DNA of 63,514 nt, the filler included, from Pelomyxa schiedti (Eukaryota; Protista; Evosea), in assembly GCA_020536535.1 (NCBI GenBank). It is 15 parts of 15 records of this genome, joined end to end, with 100 filler letters (N's around TTAATTAATTAA, not from the genome) between each part and the next. Parts side by side here need not be neighbours in the genome. Positions count along the whole stretch, not along the records: positions 17,178 to 41,657 come from JAHLWZ010001053.1; positions 41,758 to 43,158 come from JAHLWZ010002537.1; positions 43,259 to 45,168 come from JAHLWZ010000610.1; positions 45,269 to 47,445 come from JAHLWZ010002088.1; positions 47,546 to 49,980 come from JAHLWZ010001989.1; 10 more parts are not named here. One strand, written 5' to 3'. Below are positions 36,760 through 48,232 of the stretch, one piece after another (within the stretch, counting starts at the first letter, position 1; every line of letters starts with the position of its first letter). Below the pieces are notes generated by a model. It saw only the letters and a list, made by a program, of their open reading frames with translations, did not search any database and was not told where the DNA came from. A program made the position numbers and the translations under genes.

Positions 36760-38257
36760 CTAGGAATCAACCTTGTCGTCCTCCAGCTGTTGGCTCTGCT
36801 TGTTTTCAAGTCCTTCGCCAGTCTCAGCACTATTATTGGTGGTGTTCTGGTCGTGATCGGCAGTTTCTTCGGCACTGGTATCAACAGGCTCTTGATCATG
36901 TACATCCTCGAAGGCTGACTTGTGGCTGGGAGCGTCCTCATCGCTCGAGGCCGAGGCGTCGTGATCGTTGTGGGCGTCGTGATCGTCGTTGTGATCTTCG
37001 GGCAGTATTTCCTTCTTGGAATTGTCAACTGGGATTTCAGTGGGAGTCTCGGGAAGGAATACACCCAAGGGTTTGGATTCTACAAGGTGAAGCCACTTGG
37101 CCAAAAGGAACATCCTCCGGTAGCGCATCAGGTCTGTGTTTTGTTAGTGGATCCAATAACGGAAAAAGTGCAGGGAAATGTAATGTAGAAGGAAAGGAGA
37201 ATTTACATCGGAAAAGCTTAGTTTGGTGGATCCTGACTAGCAAGCCTGAAATCATCCTGGATGCTGTTGAGTGGAGCTTGGCGTGGAACTTGGTACAAGC
37301 GGACTTTGTTTCAACAGTCACCTTGGTTACCGCGTGAGTTGGGGTGGCTGAAGCTGCTGTGGCTGCTAATGTGGTTGTTACGGAGGCAATAGTTGGTCTA
37401 ACTTGGAGCTTGGAAATGACGAAGGCTCTGGCACGTGCGAGTTTGGTATGTACACCATTTAACAATTCTATAGCAATCTCCAGAGAGCGTTGGGCGAGAC
37501 CAGACACGCGAGATACAAGTTTCGCGAAAAGGGCCTTGACGCCGCACAGGAAGGTCGCCACGTGCAAAAGCACATTTCGTACACAAGATACAGCAGAATG
37601 TATACAAGAAGAAACCACGCAACAAGGAGCACCAGTCTTCACAGGAGTCCTAGAACCTTCAGTCTCCGCAGCCGTCCTCGAGCCATAATCAGAATCAGAA
37701 TCAGGAGCAGGAGCATGAGCATGAGCAGAAGAAACTTCAACAGCAGCAGGTTTCGCAGAAGCCGAACAGCGGCGAACGCTGGGCAGCAGCGGCAGCACGC
37801 GGGAGCTCACAAAGGCCCACGGCGCGCAGACGACGGCGAGCAGGGCGGCGACGCAGTGGACGAGCAGGCGGCGGGCGGCGGCGCAGGCGGCGAGGCAGCG
37901 CGAGGCCACGGGCTCGCGCAGGGGCTCCACCCACCCGCGGGTCGTCGCGGCGGCCGCGGGCACGACCTTGGCGAGGCGCGGGGGGTGGGGCAGCGACTCC
38001 AAGATCGACGAGGCGGAGGGCAGCTGGTACGGCGCCGAGGGCAGCACGCCGGCCAGGGCGACGTGGGCGCGCTCGGCGGTGCCGGCCACGCGGGGCTTGG
38101 CGAGTTCGACGGCGGGCTTCCCGTAGGCCTGGTAGGTCGCGGCGAGGAGCGCGGCGCCGGGCAGCCTGGCGCCGAGGCGGAAGAGCCCGGTGAAGAGCGA
38201 GCTGATGCAACTGCTGGTCGCAACGGGGTGGGGAACTACTGTCGCTTCGGTTGTCAT
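36760..38257 (-). CDS. Hypothetical protein with hydrophobic/amphipathic A/V-rich segments and an acidic C-terminus
   Basis: 406-aa ORF spliced in frame (LFR|Y-LMRYRRMFL) to ORF 36760..37128. Confidence 0.65.
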
Positions 38258-39229
38258 ATTGTTTGTTGGTTGGCTGTCAGAGATGCTTGTTACTGTTGGT
38301 TTTTTTTTTAATTATGATTTTATAAATCTAAATAAAGTTCACTAAAATTTGGCGTTTCGGAAAAGCCTTCGAGAGAAGAAAAATTAAGTTGGTGACAAAC
38401 GCGTTGTGGTGGACACAGACCACCTCATTTTCGCCAGATTTTTTTTTTAATTTTCAAAAAAGGAGGACTGCTATGAGGCAGTGACTCCAAGAAAAAAGTG
38501 AGGGGAACATTGAAGGAACAGACAAGCCCGAGTACACGAGCAAGCCCGTTAACCGACTCGTGCTCACCCTGTGAGTTTTTTTTTGGTTGTGTTGAAGAAC
38601 AGACAGGCACGCTTCCGCGAATAAATACGGCCCTGAGAGCTCTGTTATTGTGGGAGAGATTTGGACCCACAATTCGGACCGCGGGACGCCCAAAAAAGCC
38701 GCAGCGATGGAGTGGAAGGAAATCAGTTCTTGCGCTTGGGGTATTTCTACAGCTGATGACCGTAAGGGATGGCGTAGATTTTTTGCTGATTGCAAACTAA
38801 CTCCAATGCCTCGTGGACTCAGGCCACCGGCCAGTCCCAATTTTTGTAGCCTCACTCTTCAGTGAGCATTTAAAAAACCAAAATTCCCACCATTTAGCTC
38901 ACGTCTGTATCCTTTGTCCCTCAAACTCCCCAAACTGTTCGGGGTTAGTTCAGCGTAATCCACATACCCCGCTGGCTTCAGATATTGGTAAAGTGTTGAG
39001 TTGAATCAGCTTCCAAACAAACACAGCACAGATAAAAAACTAAGAATAAAACCTCACTAGTGTTTATTTTTCTTTATGAAAGCTTGTCCGGTAGAATTGA
39101 TACCAAGAATTATTGTGTTGCCTTGTACGTTTTGTTGTTTTGTTGTTGTGTTTGTTGCTCTTTATTTTTTACGCCATCAGCCGAGATCTCGGGCTCCAAG
39201 AGAGGCAATTTTGGCCGCGAATTGGAGTG

Positions 39230-39237
39230 TTTCCCGC
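39230..39237 (+). promoter_or_regulatory. E2F-type site TTTCCCGC, 14 nt upstream of the POLD2 start
   Basis: Exact E2F consensus directly upstream of a DNA-replication gene. Confidence 0.45.
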
Positions 39238-39250
39238 GGGCAGGGCAGTA

Positions 39251-41199
39251 ATGTAAGTGTCGTACATACGGCAGTGTGGTTGTGTTGGACTGGAGACATA
39301 GTGATAAACAATGTGCATGTAGGGAGAAGTTGACACGACCCGTCTGCCCCTACAAAAGCAAAAATGATCGCTTTCTGGTCCCCGTTAAGGACTACAACAG
39401 AGAGGTACGAATTAGAATCGTTCTTAGTTAAACACGTGCTTTTTTTGTACACATGACTGCTTGCAGTTTGCTTCGATATATTACCACAGACTTCATAGAA
39501 TGAGACCTTGGGCCGATCAAAGGGCTAGGGAACAGTGGCATGGTCTCTGCAAGGTTTTTTTTTTGTTGTCCACTCTGACTGTTTCTCCACAGATGATATC
39601 TTGTATGTAAACCGAATCATCGAACTACGTTCTGGTGTGGAATGTGTGGTAGGTGGGACTGTGTGCAAAGAAATGCCTTTAATACCAAATCTCCTTAAAG
39701 AATACACTGCAGAGGTGGGTACCACTCTTTTTAAATTTGTGGTCTTCCTATATTGATCATTCTGTACAGCGAGTTGTAGTTGGCATCAAGTGGAACAATG
39801 AAATAACATATACGAGTGAAAAGGATACTATTACATTGGAAGATGATACCAGTCGTGTCAGACTAGCACTTCCTGCCAGTATCCCTGTTTCATCCCTTGT
39901 AACAGGTGCACTACTTGTCCATCCACAAGGACTTACTCATCTGATGAAGGTACGGTTTTATGTGCAAGAGGAACACTTTCAGAAGAAGGAAATGAATTTG
40001 TTGTCACAGATTTCTGTGTCCCTGGCATCCCAATTCAGCCTGATATTCCACTAAGTATGATACTTCTCACAAGATCTTGTGTAACTCACACGTGAAATAA
40101 GCAATCAACGGGGACTGTTATGTTGCCCTTGTATCAGGATTAAGCATTGGCGCACCAAACAACTCTCTCTTTCCACAACTGTTTTGTGACTTTATTGCAG
40201 GAATTTTGGGAACACCTGAGGTTTTTCTCTGTGGGGACCATAACAGTATTTAACCATTCTAAAGGATCAACAGCTTAGCTCAAGTATTGTGCACATCATC
40301 GAAGCAGGAAATAGTATATACTCACCCCCCGATTCCTTGATCAGTGGAACCCTGCTTGAGAAGGTGATTCTCCTGCAATTTGCATACTGAAACGTGCAAC
40401 AGGAAAGTCACATGGCATCCCAAATTGATATCTTCTCTGAGGCTGATGCCTTCTTCTGCCAGCTTGCGTCTATGATCCCAGTGGAGATGATGCCAGGTGA
40501 AACCGACCCCAGCTCTTTGACACTGCCACAACAACCTATGAAACCGTATGGCACAATTGCTTTTTTCCTGTAAAATTTAGGTGTTCATCAGGTTTCTATT
40601 TCCCCTTTCCAGCCAGATGAGTACTTTCCATCTTGTCACAAATCCCCACGAATGTGAAATTGCTGGTCGAATGTAAATTTCAGTTTTGTACTTACTCAGT
40701 TAACGCCACACAAGATTCATTGGAACATCGGGCCAAAATATAGAAAATATGCGGCGACTCTGCAAGGAAGAGGGAATTACTCTCATGCAGAAGACTCTGG
40801 AGTGGAGGCACCTTGCTCCCACAGCTCCCGACACTCTCGGTTCCATCTTGTGTACGACTTGGTAGTATTGACCCAATTGCAACGCAGGGTGCTTCCCTTT
40901 TGTAGAGGACGATCCTTTTATTCTTGACCAGTGCCCTCACATCTACTTTGCGGGAAACCAACATGAATTTGCCACAAATACCATCAATGGTTTGTACAGG
41001 TTTCCCTTCCTTCCGGCCTGCCAATCACACCACCAGGCTTTCTTCTTTACTAACTAGTTGAAATGAAACCACCAACACCACAGGAGAGAGCGGCCAACGT
41101 GTTGTGACCGTGCTCGTTCCAGATTTTGCCACCACACAGACAATCGCACTTGTAAACCTCAGGACTCTAGCCGTCACTCCCTTTTACTTCCGGCTGTAA
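39251..41199 (+). CDS. POLD2: DNA polymerase delta small subunit
   Basis: AT|G start split by intron 39253-39322; FASIYYHRLHRMRP, GTVCKEMPLIPNLLKE, ITLEDDTSRV..LVTG, MPGETDPSSLTLPQQPM, LVTNPH, GTSGQN, WRHLAPTAPDTL, CFPFVEDDPFILDQCPHIYFAGNQ and LVPDF. Confidence 0.96.
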
Positions 41200-41287
41200 A
41201 CAAAGCACAGCACAGCACAACACAACGCCGCAGTTCGCCCACCCTCTCGAAAGGGAGAAGAAAAACAGAAACACAAGTTGTCCCGAT

Positions 41288-41657
41288 ATGGGCACATTCA
41301 CACATCTCAAACCGCGCCGTGCGCGAAACACATCGACCCCCCAAATGTCCGGCGAAGCGTCGTCAGCGCCAACAACGGCACCAGGCAGCGGCGGCCCGCC
41401 CCGCCGGCCCCCGCCGATCCCCCCGCCGCAGCGGCCCCTGCCCGCGTCGCCGCCCACCCCGCCGTCGCACCCGCACCCGCCGGCCAGCGCCCCCCCTGGG
41501 GCTAGTGGCTCCAGCCACAAGCAGTCCTCGTCCACGTCCTCGCTGCTCACCCCCGCTCCCCCGGCCAGCCCGCCGTCGCAGCACTCCCACTCGCTCTCGT
41601 CGTCCGCCGCGCTGTCCAGCGGCGCCCCCCACCCCCTGTCTTCATCCTCCACGACTC
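41288..41657 (+). CDS. Pro/Ser-rich N-terminus of a gene truncated at the contig end
   Basis: Frame is open to the contig edge; GC-rich first-exon composition. Confidence 0.55.
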
Positions 41658-41989
41658 NNNNNNNNNNNNNNNNNNNNNNNNNNNNNNNNNNNNNNNNNNN
41701 NTTAATTAATTAANNNNNNNNNNNNNNNNNNNNNNNNNNNNNNNNNNNNNNNNNNNNCTAAAAACAGCCTGGCTTCTACTACAACATTGAGAGCAACCTC
41801 TGCTTATGCATCATCAACATCAACTACAACATTGAGAGCCACTGCTACAACTGGTGGTTTGAAGAGATGATTGTGTTGTGCATTGAACATGTACAGAGAA
41901 ATGGAATCTAAATATGGATGGCGTGCACAAGAAAAAAGATTTTCACTTTTCTTTTGTGAGTTGTGTACAAAAACAGAGGAAATGCTAAT

Positions 41990-43107
41990 TTGTGTTTGAG
42001 CTATGTCCCAGCACACCAAGAGCCTTTTCTGCCTCTCTGTCGATTTGTTAAGTTCGCAGTTTATATTGTGTGTTATCTACTTGTAGTGTAAGTTGGCTGC
42101 CCGTTGAAGCCACTTAACTGCTTTGTCGCGATTTTGCTTCCTTCCTATCCCCCTGCCAAAGCATATCTTGATTGTTTAGAAAGTGGGATCCAGTGAAAGT
42201 TACTTACCCCGACATTGAAAATAGCAATTTTATCATTAGTAGACGCACCCTTCTTGTAATATTCAAATGCCAATACAGGATCAGGTGTTACGCCCCAGCC
42301 TGGGAAATTTAAGTGCAGGTTAATACAACCCTCCGGAGGGTTTACCGCGTTCATAGCAGCAACCAAGTTGAATCATGGCAGAGACATGCCTTTATGTTGA
42401 TTATCTCCAATTAAAAAAGTTAGGAAGATTTACTTACCCCCTCTCCGCGGCGTCTTTAAACAGTTGCAGTGCGCGTTGTTTATTTTCCGCAACTCCTTGA
42501 CCCTGCAAGTAGCACAACTTTGAACGTTGAGTGAAAGGCATGAAAGAAGGAAATTACCCCAAGGTTATGAATCGCAGCTGCAATTTACGTCAACCACATA
42601 AAGAATATTAAGAAAAAGAATACCAGCATGTCCTTTTTCTGCTGCTTGGGACAGAAGTTGCACAGCCCAGGATTCTGACTCATTAGGAAGGGTCTCTTCA
42701 CTCATACAAGCACCATAGATGTTCAAAGCCCAACAGTTCCCTTGGTTCACATTAAGTTCGGAAACCTTGTTCCCTAGAGGCGAAACCTTGCTTTGAAGCT
42801 GTGGCCCAGAAAGAACGCGCCAAGTCAACATTGGACTATGGACAAAGGAAGAATTTCAATTTACTGAGGTTGCATAAGAAATTGGAGTACCTCTACAAAA
42901 TAGGAATATGAGCCATGTATGCAAGTGAGGTAAGAGCTCCTGTGCCCAAAACGAACTAAATACTCCTTTGCCTTATCCTTGTTCCTCGAGAGTTTTGCTT
43001 TCTTTTTCAACTGGCGCTGTTTTGTAATTAGCGACGTTATTTGCCACTTGGCTGCAATAAGAAGAGAAGCATAATCCCACCTCCCAAGGCCACAAAAGTT
43101 TCGGCAT
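41990..43107 (-). CDS. Sel1-like repeat protein (multi-exon; ends approximate)
   Basis: AVQLLSQAAEKGHAG, GQGVAENKQRALQLFKDAAERG, GWGVTPDPVLAFEYYKKGA and DKAVKWLQRAA. Confidence 0.8.
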
Positions 43108-43133
43108 GGCTCGCTGGAAATGGCGCAAGAAAA
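43106..43133 (+). CDS. Possible first exon of ribosomal protein eL41 (MARWKWRKK|gtaatg)
   Basis: Basic W-containing micro-exon followed by a GT donor, resembling the eL41 N-terminus MRAKWRKKR; the rest is lost at the contig end. Confidence 0.3.
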
Positions 43134-43728
43134 GTAATGCCGGGCCGAAATGAGGGTCNNNNNNNNNNNNNNNNNNNNNNNNNNNNNNNNNNNNNNNNNN
43201 NNTTAATTAATTAANNNNNNNNNNNNNNNNNNNNNNNNNNNNNNNNNNNNNNNNNNNNCAGCAACTACAGTACGAAAAAAAAATTATGGGTTACCGCCTA
43301 TGGTGGCCGTATCCACCCTCGTTGTTTTGTTGGATCTCTCATGCGACAACACATCGTCCTTTGGGTCTCGTGGTCGTTTGGACATGGGGTAATGAAAAAA
43401 ATCAAAAATTGGGAAGAATACAATCAAAAAAGTGAGGTGGTCTCCTTAATGGACCCCACACTCAGGGTGCTCTGTCAACGGCATTTCTATTTTCCGACAT
43501 GACAAACACATTCTGCACAGAAACCATTGAGGCAATTGTTACAATCTCACCAACTGCAAGAACTTTACCTTGTGAATGATCTGTTAGGAGGTTGTGACCC
43601 TTGTCTCACAACAATATCAGCCTGCAGTTGGCATCCAAGGCACCAAGAGCCGCTTGGAGCTAACACAGTAAGACGAAACTTAAGTCACTGAGAGTAGGTT
43701 ATTCAGGAAACTTCAAATTCTTTGCAGC

Positions 43729-44545
43729 ATGCGTTCGGTGGTTATTCGAGCTCCGGGTGCCTACACCCACGGGTGTGTCAATGTCGAACTGGCATGCAGT
43801 TTTGACAACTGGAAGCGACACCGTATGTTTCATCGGTGGTACACCGACCCGACACCATCTTTGCGACTGTCAATGCCGCCAGGCCAACACCATTACAAGT
43901 TCTTTCTGGACACCGACGAATCGCGTCCGTACGTCGATGGTGTGTGTTTGTTTTCCCCTAAAAAAAAACAGCGTTTTTCGGGGTATCTGAAACAACAACC
44001 ATAATGGTGTAGCGGCCAGGCCACACGTGGTTTTAGGGCCGCGAGATTACAAAAATATCCTGGATGTACCTTATGGCGGTGTTGAGCGAGTCACTTGTGG
44101 ACCCCTGGCGGACCCAAGTGAGAAACCAGCACAGGAGTGGTTGGATACCTGGGCCGACCAACCTGCCGCTATTGTCGCTGATATTGGCGCCGCACGGTCC
44201 CGTATTGGATTCAGCTATGATATGATGCCTCCGTTTAATGTTGAGTCGGTCAGGTCTTGCCCACACCACCAAGGGTACCTGCCTGAGAATACAGTTTACT
44301 GGGGCAAGCGCGTTGGCATCAACGGCCGGTTATTTGAAGACCCAGATATAATACACCTCGATCGTATTTCAGAGGTAAGTGGGAGGAGGGTTCTACCAGT
44401 GCATGCTTCGATTATTGATATGAAAACAACAACAAAAAAAAAAGATGCTCCAGCATGGTATCACATTCCTTGATTCAGAGCGTTCAAGATTCCCAATCAT
44501 CTTCGCTGAACCAGAGGAACTAGAAGACAAAAAGCGTGCAGAGTT
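43729..44545 (+). CDS. CBM48 (AMPK-beta-type glycogen-binding) domain fused to a divergent actin-like domain (partial)
   Basis: VELACSFDNWKRH..M......LRLSMPPGQHHYKFFLD; intron 43940-44012; then AAIVADIGAARSRIGFSYDMMP, PHHQG, VYWG and |HGITFLDSERSRFPIIFAEP, matching actin [27 protein letters not shown], SYVG and HPVLLTEAP. Confidence 0.7.
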
Positions 44546-44645
44546 NNNNNNNNNNNNNNNNNNNNNNNNNNNNNNNNNNNNNNNNNNNNNNNNNNNNNNN
44601 NNNNNNNNNNNNNNNNNNNNNNNNNNNNNNNNNNNNNNNNNNNNN

Positions 44646-45168
44646 GGCCAGGCCACACGTGGTTTTAGGGCCGCGAGATTACAAAAATATCCTGGATGTA
44701 CCTTATGGCGGTGTTGAGCGAGTCACTTGTGGACCCCTGGCGGACCCAAGTGAGAAACCAGCACAGAAGTGGTTGGATACCTGGGCCGATCAACCTGCTG
44801 CTATTGTCGCTGATATTGGCGCCGGACGGTCCCGTATTGGATTCAGCTATGATATGATGCCTCCGTTTAATGTTGAGTCGGTCAGGTCTTGCCCACACCA
44901 CCAAGAGAATACAGTTTACTGGGGCAAGCGTGTTGGCCTCAACGGCTGGTTATTTCAAGACCCAGATATAATATACCTCGATCGTATTTCAGAGGTAAGT
45001 GGGAGGAGGGTTCTACCAGTGCATGCTTCGATTATTGATATGAAAACAACAACAACAAAAAAAAAAGATGCTCCAGCATGGTATCACATTCCTTGATTCA
45101 GAGCGTTCAAGATTCCCAATCATCTTCGCTGAACCAGAGGAACTAGAAGACAAAAAGCGTGCAGAGTT
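44646..45168 (+). repeat. Second, slightly diverged copy (allele or paralog) of the 44016-44545 actin-like exons
   Basis: Near-identical, with several substitutions and a 12-nt in-frame deletion (GYLP). Confidence 0.9.
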
Positions 45169-45268
45169 NNNNNNNNNNNNNNNNNNNNNNNNNNNNNNNN
45201 NNNNNNNNNNNNTTAATTAATTAANNNNNNNNNNNNNNNNNNNNNNNNNNNNNNNNNNNNNNNNNNNN

Positions 45269-46801
45269 AGCAACTAAAAGAAAAAACCCAGAAACTGAAG
45301 GAGGAACACAACAGAGAGAGGGAAATTGAAAGAAATCAATGGAACACTGAAAGAACACAATTGCAGAACCTGCTGAACATTGCAGAAAATAAGATAAAGG
45401 CATGCTTTTGAAATTTAAAATATAACATTTAGATAGTAACCTCTCGTTTCACTCAAGCAAAATGAAGAAGCTGATGGAGTGCTTGGTGTGAATGAAACAA
45501 ACCAGCAACAGCAAATGCGGTCAGAGGCACTTTGTGAGTTGTCCACGGCATTCAAGGTGGCAACCAAGTTACGATCACAGTTGCAAAAAGCAGCACCTCT
45601 GTTGGTCTCACTTGAGCATTCGGTTTCAGTGCTGAAGCAGTTCCTTGAAAGTGCCACAGAAAGGAACCTATCACTTGAGGATCACTTGAAAGACCTGTCA
45701 ACTCTGAGGAAGGAACTTGAAAAAGCAGTTGATGAGTCAGACTCAAGGTGCAAACAAGTTCTTGGGCAAACACTGACAGTGGAGAGCAGCGAGTCAGAGA
45801 TACAGCAGTGCTCCAGGAGCCTCTCGTCATTGATGAAGAAGCTTCTGGAAATCAAGACATTGTCATCATCGTCAGGGAACAATGAAGAAAAAGAACAAGG
45901 AACACGAGCAGTTCCAACCAAAGGTAAATTCCAGCCACATATTTACCCAGTCTTCAGCTTATGCACCCATACAGGCATCAACAACTTGATGGCTCTCAAA
46001 CCGTGGTTGCTTCTGAAACCTCTGGAACCTCCTCCACCCTCCTCTTCCTCCACCTGTGTCCCTTTCAGCTTGCTGTTGAGAGAGATCACAACTGACACAG
46101 TGCTGTCGACTCAAGGGGGGGGATGCAACGACTTTTACAGGTGCCACACGGTCATTGACCAACACACAGTGTTACACAAGGAGTGCACCTCCCAGGCAGC
46201 ACTTGGTCAGAGGCTCCACAAGGAAATCGAGGATCTCCTTTCAACGTGTCAGGGGCTCACCGAGGCGCACAATCGCAAGTACATGCTCATGCGTGGACTC
46301 GAGGGTGACGAGCAGTTCATGTCACACCCTGATGTGTGGTCTCAGCTCTCTGACTTGCTCCCTCGTTCACTTCAGTCGGTCGTGGATGTGATGGTTTCCA
46401 AGAGCGCTTCAGCAGCCAGCATGAATTCAACAACAACAACCACAATGCCGACACAGCCAGGGTGCACTGCCTCTGTCGTTCCAACAGCAGGTCGTTACAC
46501 ACAACACGCCCCCCAGCAACAACAACAAACAGGGATGATTAGCAGTGTCAATAGCAGCAGCCAAACAGGAGGAGGTAACGTGGTGATGATGTGCATTGAG
46601 TGTGATGAGAGGCCACCAAACGTGCAGTTCCAGCCTTGTGGTCACATGGTGCTGTGCTCTCAGGTCTGTGGCTTTCTTTCTTTGGTGGGTTCTGACAACA
46701 CACACACACACAAAACAAAAAAACCTGTGCAGTGTGCAGCAACTGTGAGGAAGTGCACTCACTCCCGGGCACCAATCAAAACTAAAACAGAGATACCTTG
46801 A
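45269..46801 (+). CDS. Coiled-coil protein with a C-terminal C3HC4-type RING finger (5'-partial)
   Basis: CIECDERPPNVQFQPCGHMVLCSQ|CAATVRKCTHSRAPI; intron near 46664-46731. Confidence 0.8.
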
Positions 46802-46884
46802 ACCACTGCCACAATCAATCACAGCCAACGCCCAACAAACCACAACTGGCAATAAAAAGTGGGTGGCAGCAATACAAACATGTT

Positions 46885-46939
46885 GTGTACTTCCACAAAG
46901 TGTGTACTTCCACAAAGTGTGTACTTCCACAAAGTACAC
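46885..46939. repeat. Three perfect 17-bp tandem units GTGTACTTCCACAAAGT; the last unit closes a hairpin (GTGTACTT-CCACA-AAGTACAC)
   Basis: Read directly; an imperfect inverted copy lies at 47212-47232. Confidence 0.9.
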
Positions 46940-47545
46940 GAACTCGGCCTTGCTCGCGAGGCTCTGAAGTCTGGCGCACTTTAGCGGGATTGGAGAGACT
47001 GAGGACTGAGCCGAATCTGGACTATTACCAGAATGTGACAGCGAAGGTAATGATCAGCGCACAGCGCAGCTGGGCACACAAATACAGCAACAAGAACGCG
47101 GCAGGCGGTTTTGATTACATGCACACTTGTCTGAGAATCCATTTGACCAGACTACATTTTATTCCTGAAGAATTGGACAAGCACATTTGCAGCAGTTAAA
47201 ATAAGACAAAAACTTTTGTGGAAGTGTACATGATCTTCAGCTTTGATTAGATTGTGGCAAGAAGAGTCACAATGGCAATGGGTTGGCCTGTTATTTCGTC
47301 ATGAACTGACAGCTGCAGTGAGGGGGGTCCTACTGTTCTGGGGAAATTAACAGGCACAGCAAAGATTCGTTTATCTGTGGATCGTACCTTCCTAGCAGAC
47401 CATTCCGAGTGCCAGAGGTATTGGTGTGTGGGGTGACTCACATCANNNNNNNNNNNNNNNNNNNNNNNNNNNNNNNNNNNNNNNNNNNNTTAATTAATTA
47501 ANNNNNNNNNNNNNNNNNNNNNNNNNNNNNNNNNNNNNNNNNNNN

Positions 47546-47622
47546 GAGCGTACTTGTACTGCTTTACATCTCATCCATTCTTTTCCTGTAGAGCAGTGAG
47601 TCTGAAATAGAAGTTTGCACAG
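47546..47622. other. 77-bp exact inverted copy of 49624-49700 at the contig start (assembly-graph or amplification chimera)
   Basis: Reverse-complement identity; the sequence is an ordinary intron-exon junction of the minus-strand gene. Confidence 0.85.
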
Positions 47623-48232
47623 CCACCGCTGTGCCCTGTCGCTGCTGCACCGGTCGCCGCGCCTGTTGCTGCCCCACTGGAATCACTTGCACCCATCGCC
47701 GCCACACAACCAATTTTTTTTTCTTTTTATTTATAATAGTAGGGGCACAAGGATATACCCAGCAACTAAATAACCCCATCGTGTTTGTCTGGGACAAATA
47801 AGCAAGACCTGGCCTTTTGCTGTGAGGAATAATGAGTAAATAATCGATGTTCTGGCAGATTCCTTGACACAAAATTCGAACAAAAATAGGTTTGAATTTC
47901 TTTTCACTTTCCCTCACTTCCTGATGGGAGTCCCTGCCCCTGCTGTGTTTGATGAGAATGTGCCCACCTTGTGGGGTGCATGTGATTTATGAAGATGCCC
48001 AGCAGATAGAAAAATCGCTGGCAGCGCCAGCAAGTGATCACCGCCAAAAATTGAGTTTTAGACAAAGTCTAACAGAACCTTATGTGGGCTGGAATCTTGG
48101 AAGAGGAATCTTGGTTTCTCCAAGGGATTCCAAAAGGGTTTAAACCAGGTTTGAATCTGTTTTGAAACACTTTTGAATGCAATTCGTTTAAACAGTGTCA
48201 TAGGTGCAGTGGTCTGTTGTAGTGCCTTCTCC

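Noticed and set aside
37490-38311. Long antisense or alternative-frame ORFs in GC-rich patches (also 2042-2533, 17583-18545, 41167-41652, 61215-61661)
   Set aside because: They are shadow ORFs of GC-rich, low-complexity coding sequence.
38753-38775. Hammerhead ribozyme or C/D snoRNA core (CTGATGA-CCGTAAGG)
   Set aside because: GAT follows instead of the required GAAA, and the C-to-D spacing is short with no terminal stem.
43940-44012. In-frame TGA (Sec/Trp recoding) between CBM48 and the actin domain
   Set aside because: It lies within a 73-nt GT-AG intron that keeps the frame, and TGA is used as a normal stop elsewhere in the window.
46885-46935. CRISPR-like repeats
   Set aside because: The 17-bp units are contiguous with no spacers, and the context is eukaryotic with no cas genes.
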